A stretch of DNA of 32,000 nt from Rhodobacter capsulatus SB 1003 (lineage in GTDB: Bacteria > Pseudomonadota > Alphaproteobacteria > Rhodobacterales > Rhodobacteraceae), in the NCBI RefSeq assembly GCF_000021865.1, contig NC_014034.1, positions 1,290,001-1,322,000 of the forward strand, in the 5' to 3' direction. A program made the position numbers and the translations under genes. Every line of letters starts with the position of its first letter. The first letter of the stretch is position 1. This document shows, in pieces, positions 1 to 11,139 of this stretch. Below the pieces are notes generated by a model. It made no database searches, was not told the origin of the DNA, and saw only the letters and a program-made list of their open reading frames with translations.

Positions 1-1590
<1,590 letters not shown>

Positions 1591-1594
<4 letters not shown>

Positions 1595-2049
1595 TCGCGC
1601 TCGATGACATTGACCGGGCGTTTTTGCGGGCGCTTTCCGAGGATGCGACGCTGGGCGCGGGCGAGCTTGGCCGCCGCTTCGGGCTGTCGCAGCCTGCGGC
1701 CTGGCGGCGGGTGAAGCGGCTCGAGGAGGGGGGGGTGATCGCCGGGCGGCGGCTGGTGCTGGACCGCCAGGCGCTCGGTTTTGGCGTCACCGTGTTTCTG
1801 GGCATCAAGCTGGCCACCAAGGGGCGGATTTCCTTCGAGGATTTCGAGCGCGCCGTGCAGGCGATCCCTGAGGTGCAGGTGGTGCAGCATGTTCTTGGCC
1901 GCTTCGATTACCGGCTGCGGGTCGGCGCGCGCGACATTGCCGATTTCGAACGCGTGCTGCGCCGCCGCATCATGACCCTGCCCGGGGTCGGGCAGATCGA
2001 AGCCAATGTGATGCTGTCCGAGGAACGCCGTCCGGGGCCGCTGGGCTGA
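1591..2049 (+). CDS. Lrp/AsnC family transcriptional regulator, second copy
   Basis: 152 aa with the same architecture (DDIDRAFLRALSEDATLGAGELGRRFGLSQPAAWRRVKRLEEGGVI). Its GTG start overlaps the upstream stop by 4 nt (GTGA), suggesting translational coupling. Confidence 0.85.
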
Positions 2050-2178
2050 TTTTCGAAGCGCTGAATTTGCGGGCAAGATGGCGCGGATTTGTGCGGGACC
2101 GGGCTGGCCGCGATCTTGCTGGCGCCGCGCCTCTGTCCCGACATGGACGCGCGCCCGCGCCGGGCGTTTGCTGCGGTC

Positions 2179-2991
2179 ATGTTCGACTCTGCGACCAAGC
2201 CCCGTCTTCAACGCAGCCATGGCCAGGCGGCCGTGGCCTTCGAGGGCGCGCGTCTGAAGGGTCTTGTGCAGCGCGGCTCCGCCAAAGCGCTGCTGCCGCA
2301 TGTCCGCGGCGTGCCGGAGGTGGTGTTTCTGAACACCTCGGGCGGGCTGACGGCGGGGGATACGCTGCGCTATGGGCTTGATCTGGACGCAGGCGCCAAG
2401 GTCGTGGCGACGACGCAGGCGGCCGAACGTGCCTATCGGGCCGAGGGGGAAGCTGCCCGGGTAAGCGTGGCGCATCGGGTGGGGCAGGGCGGCTGGCTGG
2501 ATTGGCTGCCGCAGGAAACGATCCTGTTCGACCGCGCCCGGCTGCACCGCGAGACCACGGTGGATCTGGCCGAGGATGCCGGGTGCCTGCTGCTGGAAGC
2601 GGTGGTCCTGGGTCGGGCCGCGATGGGCGAGACCCTGCATGATTTGCATTTTTCCGACATGCGTCGGATCAACAGGTCTGGAAAGCCCGTCTTTCTTGAG
2701 CCCTTCTTGCAGAATTCGAACCTCCTTGCGAAGGGGCCGCGAGGCGCGCTGCTGGGGTCCGCGCGCGCCTTTGCGACGCTGGCTCTTTGCGCGCAGGGCG
2801 CCGAAGATGCGGTGGGCCCGGCCCGCGCCGCGCTGACGGTGCCCGGCGTTCAGGCGGCGGCCTCCGGCTTTGATGGCAAATGCGTGGTGCGTCTGCTGGC
2901 CGAGGATGGCTGGCCGCTGCGCCAACAGATCCTGCAACTGATGGGCGCTTTGCGACGGGGGGCCCCCCCGCCGCGCGTCTGGCAAACCTGA
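2179..2991 (+). CDS. ureD: urease accessory protein UreD
   Basis: UreD-like sequence (PRLQRSHGQAAVAFEG...VVFLNTSGGLTAGDTL...WLDWLPQETILF) directly upstream of ureA. The start is uncertain. ATG 2179 gives 270 aa; in-frame ATG 2143 and TTG 2089 are alternatives. None has a clear SD. Confidence 0.85.
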   Translation: MFDSATKPRLQRSHGQAAVAFEGARLKGLVQRGSAKALLPHVRGVPEVVFLNTSGGLTAGDTLRYGLDLDAGAKVVATTQAAERAYRAEGEAARVSVAHRVGQGGWLDWLPQETILFDRARLHRETTVDLAEDAGCLLLEAVVLGRAAMGETLHDLHFSDMRRINRSGKPVFLEPFLQNSNLLAKGPRGALLGSARAFATLALCAQGAEDAVGPARAALTVPGVQAAASGFDGKCVVRLLAEDGWPLRQQILQLMGALRRGAPPPRVWQT

Positions 2992-3000
2992 GGGGACAAG

Positions 3001-3303
3001 ATGAACCTGAGCCCGCGTGAAAAGGAAAAGCTGCTCGTCAGCCTCGCCGCCATGGTGGCGCGCAACCGGCTGGCGCGCGGGGTGAAGCTGAACCACCCCG
3101 AAGCCATTGCGATCATTTCCGATTTCGTCGTCGAAGGCGCGCGCGAGGGGCGCAGCGTCGCCGATCTGATGGAGGCGGGCGCCCAGGTCATCACCCGCGA
3201 TCAGTGCATGGAGGGGATCGCCGAAATGATCCACTCGATCCAGGTCGAGGCGACCTTCCCCGACGGCACCAAGCTTGTCACCGTCCATCACCCGATCCGC
3301 TGA
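3001..3303 (+). CDS. ureA: urease subunit gamma
   Basis: 100 aa, [42 protein letters not shown]..., the canonical UreA sequence. Confidence 0.97.
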
Positions 3304-3312
3304 GGTAAGTCC

Positions 3313-3617
3313 ATGATTCCCGGAGAAATTTTCCCCGCCGAGGGGGACATTGAACTGAATGCGGGCGCCGCGACGATCACGCTCATGGTGGCCAATACCG
3401 GCGACCGCCCGGTGCAGGTGGGCTCGCATTATCATTTTGCCGAGACGAACCCGGGCCTGGTCTTCGACCGCACCGCCGCCCGGGGCTATCGTCTTGATAT
3501 CGCAGCCGGAACCGCCGTCCGTTTCGAGCCCGGACAATCGCGCGAAGTGCAGCTTGTGCCGCTTTCCGGTGCCCGCCGTGTCTTCGGCTTCAACGCCAAA
3601 GTGATGGGAGAGCTCTG

Positions 3618-3618
<1 letters not shown>
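3313..3618 (+). CDS. ureB: urease subunit beta
   Basis: 101 aa, MIPGEI...[20 protein letters not shown]..., the canonical UreB sequence. Confidence 0.97.
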
Positions 3619-5324
<1,706 letters not shown>

Positions 5325-5328
5325 GCGC

Positions 5329-5679
5329 TCAATGCGGTTGCTGACCGGCAAAAAGCCTTGCGCGCAGGGCCGCGCGGGGATCGGGCGCGGGCGGATCGGC
5401 GCTGTCGGCCGCCTGCGCGGGGCCCTTGCGGGTGGCCCGCAGCACGCGGGTCACCTTTTCCCGGGTATAGGCGGGGTCAAGCCGGATTTCCTCGGGCAGA
5501 AGCCGCGGATCGAAGATGCGCTGGCGGCTGGTCACCAGATCGACGGTGTGAAACCGGCCGATCTTCGGCATCGCCGCGTCGCGCAGCAAAATCTCGCGCA
5601 AGGCGCCCTCGCGCGCGCGCAGGCGGGCGATTTCGGCACGGATTTCGGCCAATTCATCGGCTGGGGGTTTGAGCTGCAT
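5329..5679 (-). CDS. hypothetical protein, 116 aa, opposite strand to the ure genes
   Basis: ATG preceded by GGGAG (5686-5690, minus) at 6-nt spacing. Protein-like composition with an amphipathic Arg/Glu/Ala/Leu N-terminus (ADELAEIRAEIARLRAREGALREILL). It competes with a phase-locked plus-strand 136-aa ORF (5332-5742) that is Gly-rich and lacks an SD. No family recognised. Confidence 0.5.
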   Translation of the reverse strand: MQLKPPADELAEIRAEIARLRAREGALREILLRDAAMPKIGRFHTVDLVTSRQRIFDPRLLPEEIRLDPAYTREKVTRVLRATRKGPAQAADSADPPAPDPRAALRARLFAGQQPH

Positions 5680-5706
5680 CCGTCGCTCCCGTTCTGGGTT
5701 TCGTCC

Positions 5707-5735
5707 TTACCATGCTGCCAAGTCACGTTTAAAAA
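5707..5735 (+). promoter_or_regulatory. candidate sigma-70-like promoter for ureEFG (TTACCA-N17-TAAAAA)
   Basis: Hexamers at 5707-5712 and 5730-5735 in the AT-richer gap, 24 nt upstream of the ureE ATG. Pattern match only. Confidence 0.3.
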
Positions 5736-5758
5736 GCTCTGAAGAACGGAGGAAAATC

Positions 5759-6229
5759 ATGTCGCTGATGCACCGGGCAAGCCGCGTTCTGCCTGCGGGC
5801 GGCTGGAGCGGGGCCGCCGATCACATCGCGCTGGATTACGAGGCGCGGTTTTTGCGGCGCAAGCGTCTGGTCGCGGCCTCGGGTGCCGAATTTCTGGTCG
5901 ATCTGCCCGAGGTGACGAACCTGCGCGGCGGCGAGGCTTTCGCGCTGGAGGACGGGCGGCTGATCGAGGTGCGCTGCGGGCTGGAACCGGTGCTGGTCGT
6001 GACCGGCGATCTGACCCGGCTGGCCTGGCATGTCGGCAACCGCCACACGCCCTGCCAGATCGAGCCCGACCGGCTTTTGATCCGCGACGATCATGTGCTG
6101 GAAACGATGCTGCGCGGGCTTGGGGCGCGGGTCGAGCGGCGGATGGAACCGTTCCGCCCCGAAAGCGGCGCCTATGGCAGCGGCCGCACGATGGGGCATG
6201 ACCACGGCCCCTTCCATGTCCACGCCTGA
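5759..6229 (+). CDS. ureE: urease accessory protein UreE (nickel metallochaperone)
   Basis: Start trimmed from the track ORF to the ATG at 5759, which has a GGAGGA SD at 5749-5754. UreE-like core (GDLTRLAWHVGNRHTPCQI) and a His-containing tail ([11 protein letters not shown]). Confidence 0.9.
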   Translation: MSLMHRASRVLPAGGWSGAADHIALDYEARFLRRKRLVAASGAEFLVDLPEVTNLRGGEAFALEDGRLIEVRCGLEPVLVVTGDLTRLAWHVGNRHTPCQIEPDRLLIRDDHVLETMLRGLGARVERRMEPFRPESGAYGSGRTMGHDHGPFHVHA

Positions 6230-6857
6230 ACTGGACTTGCTCGGCCTTGTGCAATGGTTGTCCCCGGCCTTTCCGACCGGGGCTTTCGCCTATAGCCATG
6301 GGCTGGAGCAGGCGGTTGTGGCGGGCGAGGTCCGGTCCGAGGCGGAGCTGTGCGACTGGCTTTCGGATATCCTGGAACATGGGGCGGGCTGGAACGATGC
6401 GGTGCTTCTGGCCTGCGGTCTGCGGGGCGAGGATCTGGCGGATCTGAGCGACCTTGCGCGGGCTCTGGCGGGTACGGCCGAACGGCTTCGGGAAACCGAA
6501 GAGCAGGGGGCGGCCTTTGCGCGGGCGCGGGCCGAGATGACCGGAACTTGCACAAATGCGATGCCGCTGCCCCTTGCCGTTGCGGAAAGTGCCCGGAATT
6601 TAACGAGTCCGCCCGAGCAGATGATTGCCCTTTTCCAACATGCCTTCGCCTCCAGCCTTGTTTCGGCGGGGGTGCGGTTCATCCCCCTGGGGCAGGCGGC
6701 GGGGCAGCGGGTTCTGGCGGCGCAGCATCCGCTCATCGCGCGGCTTGCCGCCCGCGCCGCCACCGCCACGACCGCCGATCTGGCGCAATCCGCCTTTCGC
6801 GCCGAGATCGCCTCGGCCGCGCATGAAACGCTTGATGTAAGGATCTTCAAGACATGA
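6216..6857 (+). CDS. ureF: urease accessory protein UreF
   Basis: [34 protein letters not shown] is a typical UreF N-terminus. Overlaps the ureE end by 14 nt. Alternative starts at 6198 and 6174. Confidence 0.85.
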   Translation: MSTPELDLLGLVQWLSPAFPTGAFAYSHGLEQAVVAGEVRSEAELCDWLSDILEHGAGWNDAVLLACGLRGEDLADLSDLARALAGTAERLRETEEQGAAFARARAEMTGTCTNAMPLPLAVAESARNLTSPPEQMIALFQHAFASSLVSAGVRFIPLGQAAGQRVLAAQHPLIARLAARAATATTADLAQSAFRAEIASAAHETLDVRIFKT

Positions 6858-7480
6858 CGAATGGACCTTTGCGCGTCGGCATCGGCGGCCCGGTCGGCGC
6901 GGGCAAGACGACGCTGACCGAACAGCTGTGCCGGGCGCTGGCGGGGCGGCTTTCGATGGCGGTGGTGACGAATGACATCTACACCCGCGAGGATGCCGAG
7001 GCGCTGATGCGTGCGCAGGTGCTGCCCGCCGATCGCATCCGCGGCGTCGAGACCGGCGGCTGTCCGCATACGGCAATCCGCGAAGATGCCTCGATCAACC
7101 TCGCCGCCATTGCCGATCTGACGCGGGCCCACCCGGATCTTGAGCTGATCCTGATCGAATCGGGCGGCGACAATCTGGCCGCCACCTTCAGCCCGGAACT
7201 GGCCGATCTGACGATCTATGTGATCGACACCGCCGCCGGGCAGGACATCCCGCGCAAGCGCGGCCCCGGCGTCACGCGTTCGGACCTGCTGGTGGTGAAC
7301 AAGACCGATCTGGCGCCGCATGTGGGGGTGGATCCGGTGCTGCTGGAAGCGGATACGCAACGCGCCCGCGGCCCGCGCCCCTATGTGATGGCGCAGCTGC
7401 GCCATGGCGTCGGCATCGACGAGATCGTCGCTTTCCTGATCCGGGAAGGCGGTCTTGAACAAGCCTCCGCCCCGGCCTGA
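6854..7480 (+). CDS. ureG: urease accessory GTPase UreG
   Basis: 208 aa with P-loop [10 protein letters not shown], the CPH metal-binding motif ([13 protein letters not shown]), ESGGDNL and NKTDL. ATGA overlap with ureF. Confidence 0.97.
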   Translation: MTNGPLRVGIGGPVGAGKTTLTEQLCRALAGRLSMAVVTNDIYTREDAEALMRAQVLPADRIRGVETGGCPHTAIREDASINLAAIADLTRAHPDLELILIESGGDNLAATFSPELADLTIYVIDTAAGQDIPRKRGPGVTRSDLLVVNKTDLAPHVGVDPVLLEADTQRARGPRPYVMAQLRHGVGIDEIVAFLIREGGLEQASAPA

Positions 7481-7510
7481 CGCGCAAGAGTCGCGCCAAG
7501 GATATTCCCA

Positions 7511-7551
7511 AAACGCCCGGTTCTTGCGCAAGAGCCGGGCGTTTGCCTGTC
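7511..7551 (+). terminator. probable rho-independent terminator after ureG
   Basis: AAACGCCCGGTTCTTGC / GCAAGAGCCGGGCGTTT forms a long near-perfect hairpin (one G-U position), followed by TTTGCCTGTCT. Confidence 0.55.
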
Positions 7552-7704
7552 TCGTGCACAATTCTGCGTCTTGGCGCCTTTCCTGCTGGACACATCCTTG
7601 CCGCATCGCGGCACCCCGGTTTTGCTGATCCCGCGGGCCCTGACCCGCCACGAAGCAACCCGCGCCCACCTCTCGGGCCGCGCGATCAAGGAACAGGGGA
7701 ACAG

Positions 7705-9006
7705 ATGATTACTCGGCGCAATCTGCTGATGACCGCTGCGGCGGCCGGTGCCATGTCGATGACGGGGCGCATCGCCTTTGCCGCGGGCGAGACGATCAAG
7801 GTGGGGGTGCTGCATTCGCTCTCGGGGACGATGGCGATTTCGGAAACGACGCTGAAGGACACGGTCCTGATGCTGATCGAGGCGCAGAACAAGAAGGGCG
7901 GGGTGCTGGGCAAGCAGCTGGAGGCGGTCGTGGTCGATCCGGCGTCCGACTGGCCGCTGTTTGCGGAAAAGGCGCGCGAGCTGCTGACCGTCGACAAGGT
8001 CGATGTGATGTTCGGCTGCTGGACCTCGGTCAGCCGCAAATCGGTGCTGCCGGTGATCGAGGAGCTGAACGGGCTTCTCTTCTATCCGGTGCAATACGAG
8101 GGCGAGGAAAGCTCGAAGAACGTCTTCTACACCGGCGCGGCGCCGAACCAGCAGGCGATTCCGGCGACGGATTATTTCCTGAACGAACTGGGCGTGCAGA
8201 AATTCGCGCTTCTGGGCACCGATTACGTTTACCCGCGCACCACGAACAACATTCTGGAAGCTTATCTGAAATCGAAGGGCATCTCGGCCGAGGATATTTT
8301 CGTCAACTACACGCCGTTCGGGCAGTCGGACTGGTCGAAGATCGTCGCCGACGTCAAGGCGTTGGGCGCGGACGGCAAGAAGGTCGGCGTGATTTCGACG
8401 ATCAACGGCGATGCGAATATCGGGTTCTACAAGGAGCTGGCGGCTTCGGGCATCACCGCCGATGACATTCCGGTCGTCGCCTTCTCGGTCGGCGAAGAGG
8501 AGCTTTCGGGTCTGGGTGCCGGGGACCTCAAGAACCTCGTCGGCCAACTCGCCGCCTGGAACTATTTCCAAAGCGCCGACACGCCCGAAAACAAGGCCTT
8601 CATCGAGGCCTGGCACAAGTTCATCGGCAGTGACAAGCGCACCACGAACGACCCGATGGAGGCCACCTATATCGGCTTCAACATGTGGGTGAATGCGGTG
8701 ACCGCGGCGGGCACGACCGAGGTGGACAAGGTTTCGGCCGCGATGATCGGGCAGAAATTCCCGAACCTGACCGGGACGATGTCGGAAATGCTGCCCAACC
8801 ACCATCTGACGAAGCCGGTCCTGATCGGCGAGATCAAGGAAGACGGCCAGTTCGACATCATCAGCCAGACCGAGCCGGTGCCGGGCGATGCCTGGACCGA
8901 TTTCCTGCCCGAATCCGCCGTGCTGACCTCGGATTGGAAGGATCTGAACTGCGGCATGTACAACACCGAAACGAAGACCTGCGTGCAGCTGAAATCGAAC
9001 TACTGA
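7705..9006 (+). CDS. urtA: urea ABC transporter substrate-binding protein UrtA
   Basis: Start trimmed to ATG 7705. Twin-arginine-type signal (MITRRNLLMTAAAAGAMSMTGRIAFA). Type I periplasmic binding fold typical of UrtA/LivK (IKVGVLHSLSGTMAISE...FGCWTS). First gene of a five-gene urt set next to ure. Confidence 0.92.
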   Translation: MITRRNLLMTAAAAGAMSMTGRIAFAAGETIKVGVLHSLSGTMAISETTLKDTVLMLIEAQNKKGGVLGKQLEAVVVDPASDWPLFAEKARELLTVDKVDVMFGCWTSVSRKSVLPVIEELNGLLFYPVQYEGEESSKNVFYTGAAPNQQAIPATDYFLNELGVQKFALLGTDYVYPRTTNNILEAYLKSKGISAEDIFVNYTPFGQSDWSKIVADVKALGADGKKVGVISTINGDANIGFYKELAASGITADDIPVVAFSVGEEELSGLGAGDLKNLVGQLAAWNYFQSADTPENKAFIEAWHKFIGSDKRTTNDPMEATYIGFNMWVNAVTAAGTTEVDKVSAAMIGQKFPNLTGTMSEMLPNHHLTKPVLIGEIKEDGQFDIISQTEPVPGDAWTDFLPESAVLTSDWKDLNCGMYNTETKTCVQLKSNY

Positions 9007-9025
9007 GCTGATTTTCCACGAAAAC

Positions 9026-9046
9026 CGAGGGGGCGAGACGCCCCCT
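9026..9046 (+). promoter_or_regulatory. intercistronic stem-loop after urtA
   Basis: GAGGGGGCG-AGA-CGCCCCCTC, a 9-bp perfect stem 20 nt after the urtA stop. No adjacent U-tract. Confidence 0.4.
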
Positions 9047-9066
9047 CCCGCAGCCCGGATTTTCCC

Positions 9067-11043
9067 ATGCGCAGCCTGTTTCTGGCGCTGGTGGCAAGCC
9101 TTGCGCTGGCCTTGCCTCTCGCCGCCCAAGACGTCGCCCCGCCCGTTTCCGCAGCCACCGTCCAGACCGGCCTTGCCGCCGTCATCGCCGCAAACGCCGC
9201 CGCCATCGCCAAGCCCTCGCGCCAGAGCATCGGCCCGGTGATTGCCGCGCTGGGGCAGGCGGGGACCGGGGCGCCCGCGTTCCTGCAGGCCTGGGCCGAC
9301 AAGAAACTGGGCGCGCGCAAGGCGGATGGCGCGATCTTCCGGGTGACGAAAACGGCCGCTGGCTATGCGCTGGCCGATCCCGCGACCGGGGTCGACCGGG
9401 GCAGGGCGGCGAAAGCCGAGATCGCCGAGATCAAGCCCAATGCCGGGGTCCGGGGGCTGATTGCCTCGGCGCTCATTCAGTTCCAGCTGTCGGATCCCGA
9501 TCCGAAGCAGCGCCTTGCCGCGCTGACCACACTCGCCCGCGACGGCGCGGCCGAGCATCTGGCACCCCTGGCCGCCTCGATCGAGACTGAGACCGACCCG
9601 GCGATCAAGGCGCAAAAGGACCGGCTGCTGGGACTTTTGACGATCCGGTTCGGCGCCTCCCCCGCGGCCCGCATCGCCGCGATCGAGAGCTTTGGCGCCG
9701 ATCTTGGCCTCGATTTCCGCGCCGCGCTGAACCCGATCCTGGCCACCTCGCGCCAGGTCTTTGACGCCGCGCCCGGGGCCAATGTCGCTGCGCTCCTGAC
9801 CCCCGGCAAACCCGGTTTCCCCGAGGCCGAGGCCTATGATCTGCTGGTCTCGCAAGGGCTTGCGCCGAAACGCCTTGCCCCGGCCGATCTGCGCGCGGCG
9901 CTTGAATCTCATCTCGAAAACGGTGCCGTCGGTGGCGTTCCCCTGGCCGATCTGTCCGACCCGGGCCAACGCGAGGCCGCCTATGCGGCGCTTGAGGCCG
10001 CGGGCAAGGTGCCCGCCGGTGCCACCCCGGCCGAGGTGAGGGCGGCGCTCGCCGCGCATCGCTTTGCCGACATCTACGCCGAACCCGACCCCGCCGTGAC
10101 CGCAGCGGCGAAAGCCGCGCTGCAATCGGTTTCGCTCAAGGTTTCCGCGATGCAGGGCGCGGATCTGACACTGGATGCGCTCTCGCTCGCCTCGATCTAT
10201 TTCCTGGCCGCCATCGGCCTTGCGATCACTTTCGGGGTGATGCGGGTGATCAACATGGCGCATGGCGAATTCATCACCATGGGCGCCTATACCGGCTATG
10301 TGGTGCAGCAATTCATCTCTGACTACACGATCTCGATTGCCGTCGCGCTGCCCTTGGCCTTTGCCGTCACCTTCGCCGCCGGTGTGGCGATGGAGCGGCT
10401 GGTGATCCGCCATCTGGCCCGCCGCCCGCTGGAAACGCTGCTGGCCAGCTTCGGGATCTCGATCGCGCTGCAACAGCTGTTCAAGAACATCTTCGGCACC
10501 CAGGCCCGGCCGCTGACCGCGCCGGAATGGCTGGACGGCGCCCTTGTGCTCAACGACATCGTCGCGATCAGCTATATCCGCATTGCCATCTTCGTGCTGG
10601 CGCTCGCCTTCCTTGGCCTTTTCCTTCTGGTGATGAAACGCACCCGCCTCGGCCTTGAAGTCCGCGCGGTGACGCAGAACCCCTCGATGGCCGCGTCGAT
10701 GGGGATCAACCCCGACCGGATCAACATGCTGACCTTCGGGCTCGGCTCCGGCATCGCCGGGATCGCGGGCGTCGCCATCGGGCTTTTTGCCAAGGTCACC
10801 TCGGAACTTGGCGCCGATTACATCGTGCAAAGCTTCATGACGGTCGTCGTAGGCGGCGTCGGCAACATCTGGGGTACGCTGGCGGGCGCGGCGCTGGTCG
10901 GCGGGCTGCAAAAGGGGATCGAGGCGCTCAACCCCGCCAACACCCTTGCCGCGCAGACCTGGATGATCCTCTTCATCATCATCTTCATCCAGTTCCGCCC
11001 GCGCGGCATCATCGCGCTGCGCGGCCGCGCCGCCGGAGATTGA
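9067..11043 (+). CDS. urtB: urea ABC transporter permease UrtB with a long N-terminal periplasmic extension
   Basis: 658 aa. Signal peptide MRSLFLALVASLALALPLAAQ, then about 340 Ala/Pro-rich residues. The LivH-type permease core follows from about aa 360 (LASIYFLAAIGLAITFGVMRVINMAHGEF...). Confidence 0.9.
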   Translation: MRSLFLALVASLALALPLAAQDVAPPVSAATVQTGLAAVIAANAAAIAKPSRQSIGPVIAALGQAGTGAPAFLQAWADKKLGARKADGAIFRVTKTAAGYALADPATGVDRGRAAKAEIAEIKPNAGVRGLIASALIQFQLSDPDPKQRLAALTTLARDGAAEHLAPLAASIETETDPAIKAQKDRLLGLLTIRFGASPAARIAAIESFGADLGLDFRAALNPILATSRQVFDAAPGANVAALLTPGKPGFPEAEAYDLLVSQGLAPKRLAPADLRAALESHLENGAVGGVPLADLSDPGQREAAYAALEAAGKVPAGATPAEVRAALAAHRFADIYAEPDPAVTAAAKAALQSVSLKVSAMQGADLTLDALSLASIYFLAAIGLAITFGVMRVINMAHGEFITMGAYTGYVVQQFISDYTISIAVALPLAFAVTFAAGVAMERLVIRHLARRPLETLLASFGISIALQQLFKNIFGTQARPLTAPEWLDGALVLNDIVAISYIRIAIFVLALAFLGLFLLVMKRTRLGLEVRAVTQNPSMAASMGINPDRINMLTFGLGSGIAGIAGVAIGLFAKVTSELGADYIVQSFMTVVVGGVGNIWGTLAGAALVGGLQKGIEALNPANTLAAQTWMILFIIIFIQFRPRGIIALRGRAAGD

Positions 11044-11049
11044 GCCGAT

Positions 11050-11120
11050 GCCCCCCGGCGCCTTTCATCTTGCCCAAAATATCCCGCGGGGGTCCCGGGG
11101 GCGCGAAGCCCCCGGCGCCG
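11050..11120. repeat. REP/MITE-like intergenic repeat, locus A (single unit, core on + as TTCATCTTGCCCAAAATATCCCGCGGGGG)
   Basis: The core at 11063-11094 matches the units at 13843-13910, 21281-21314 and 30610-30695. An adjacent hairpin CCGGGGGC-GCGAA-GCCCCCGG lies at 11095-11115. The 11-mer CCCCCGGCGCC occurs on both sides (11052-11062 and 11109-11119). Confidence 0.7.
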
Positions 11121-11139
11121 CCAGATCCCGGAGACCCCG

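Noticed and set aside
5332-5742. Plus-strand 136-aa ORF between ureC and ureE (probably the historical orf136).
   Set aside because: It has no Shine-Dalgarno, is Gly-rich (23 Gly by my count), extends through the AT-rich ureE leader, and is exactly phase-locked to the better-looking minus-strand ORF. I did not annotate it as a CDS, but the choice is not proven (see finding).
7572-7587. Sigma-54-like element TGGCGC-N5-CTGCT (GG-N10-GC spacing) about 118 nt upstream of urtA.
   Set aside because: Only the GG and GC dinucleotides plus the spacing match, which is easy to get by chance in GC-rich DNA. From memory, NtrC-dependent promoters of R. capsulatus outside the nif genes are RpoN-independent. 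A nearby second GGCAC...TTTTGC match at 7609-7626 has the wrong spacing. Not enough to call.
7481-7704. Looked for a riboswitch (for example guanidine or other nitrogen-related classes) or a small RNA in the 225-bp ureG-urtA spacer.
   Set aside because: I could not recognise any conserved riboswitch core. Apart from the terminator hairpin, the region shows no convincing structure I can support without covariance searches.
7381-10911. A very long antisense ORF (1176 aa) opposite urtA/urtB, and many similar ones: 1498-3537 (-), 3486-4931 (-), 6290-7669 (-), 11065-12375 (-), 13842-15263 (-), 13913-15046 (+), 17832-19826 (+), 20048-21208 (+), 23412-24635 (-), 25887-27206 (-), 26803-28164 (-), 28419-29633 (-), 29664-30605 (-), 30808-31944 (+).
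   Set aside because: These are shadow ORFs, expected in a high-GC genome where stop codons are rare off-frame. Their translations are Arg/Gly/Pro/His-rich low-complexity strings with no motifs. Each lies opposite a gene with unambiguous family signatures.
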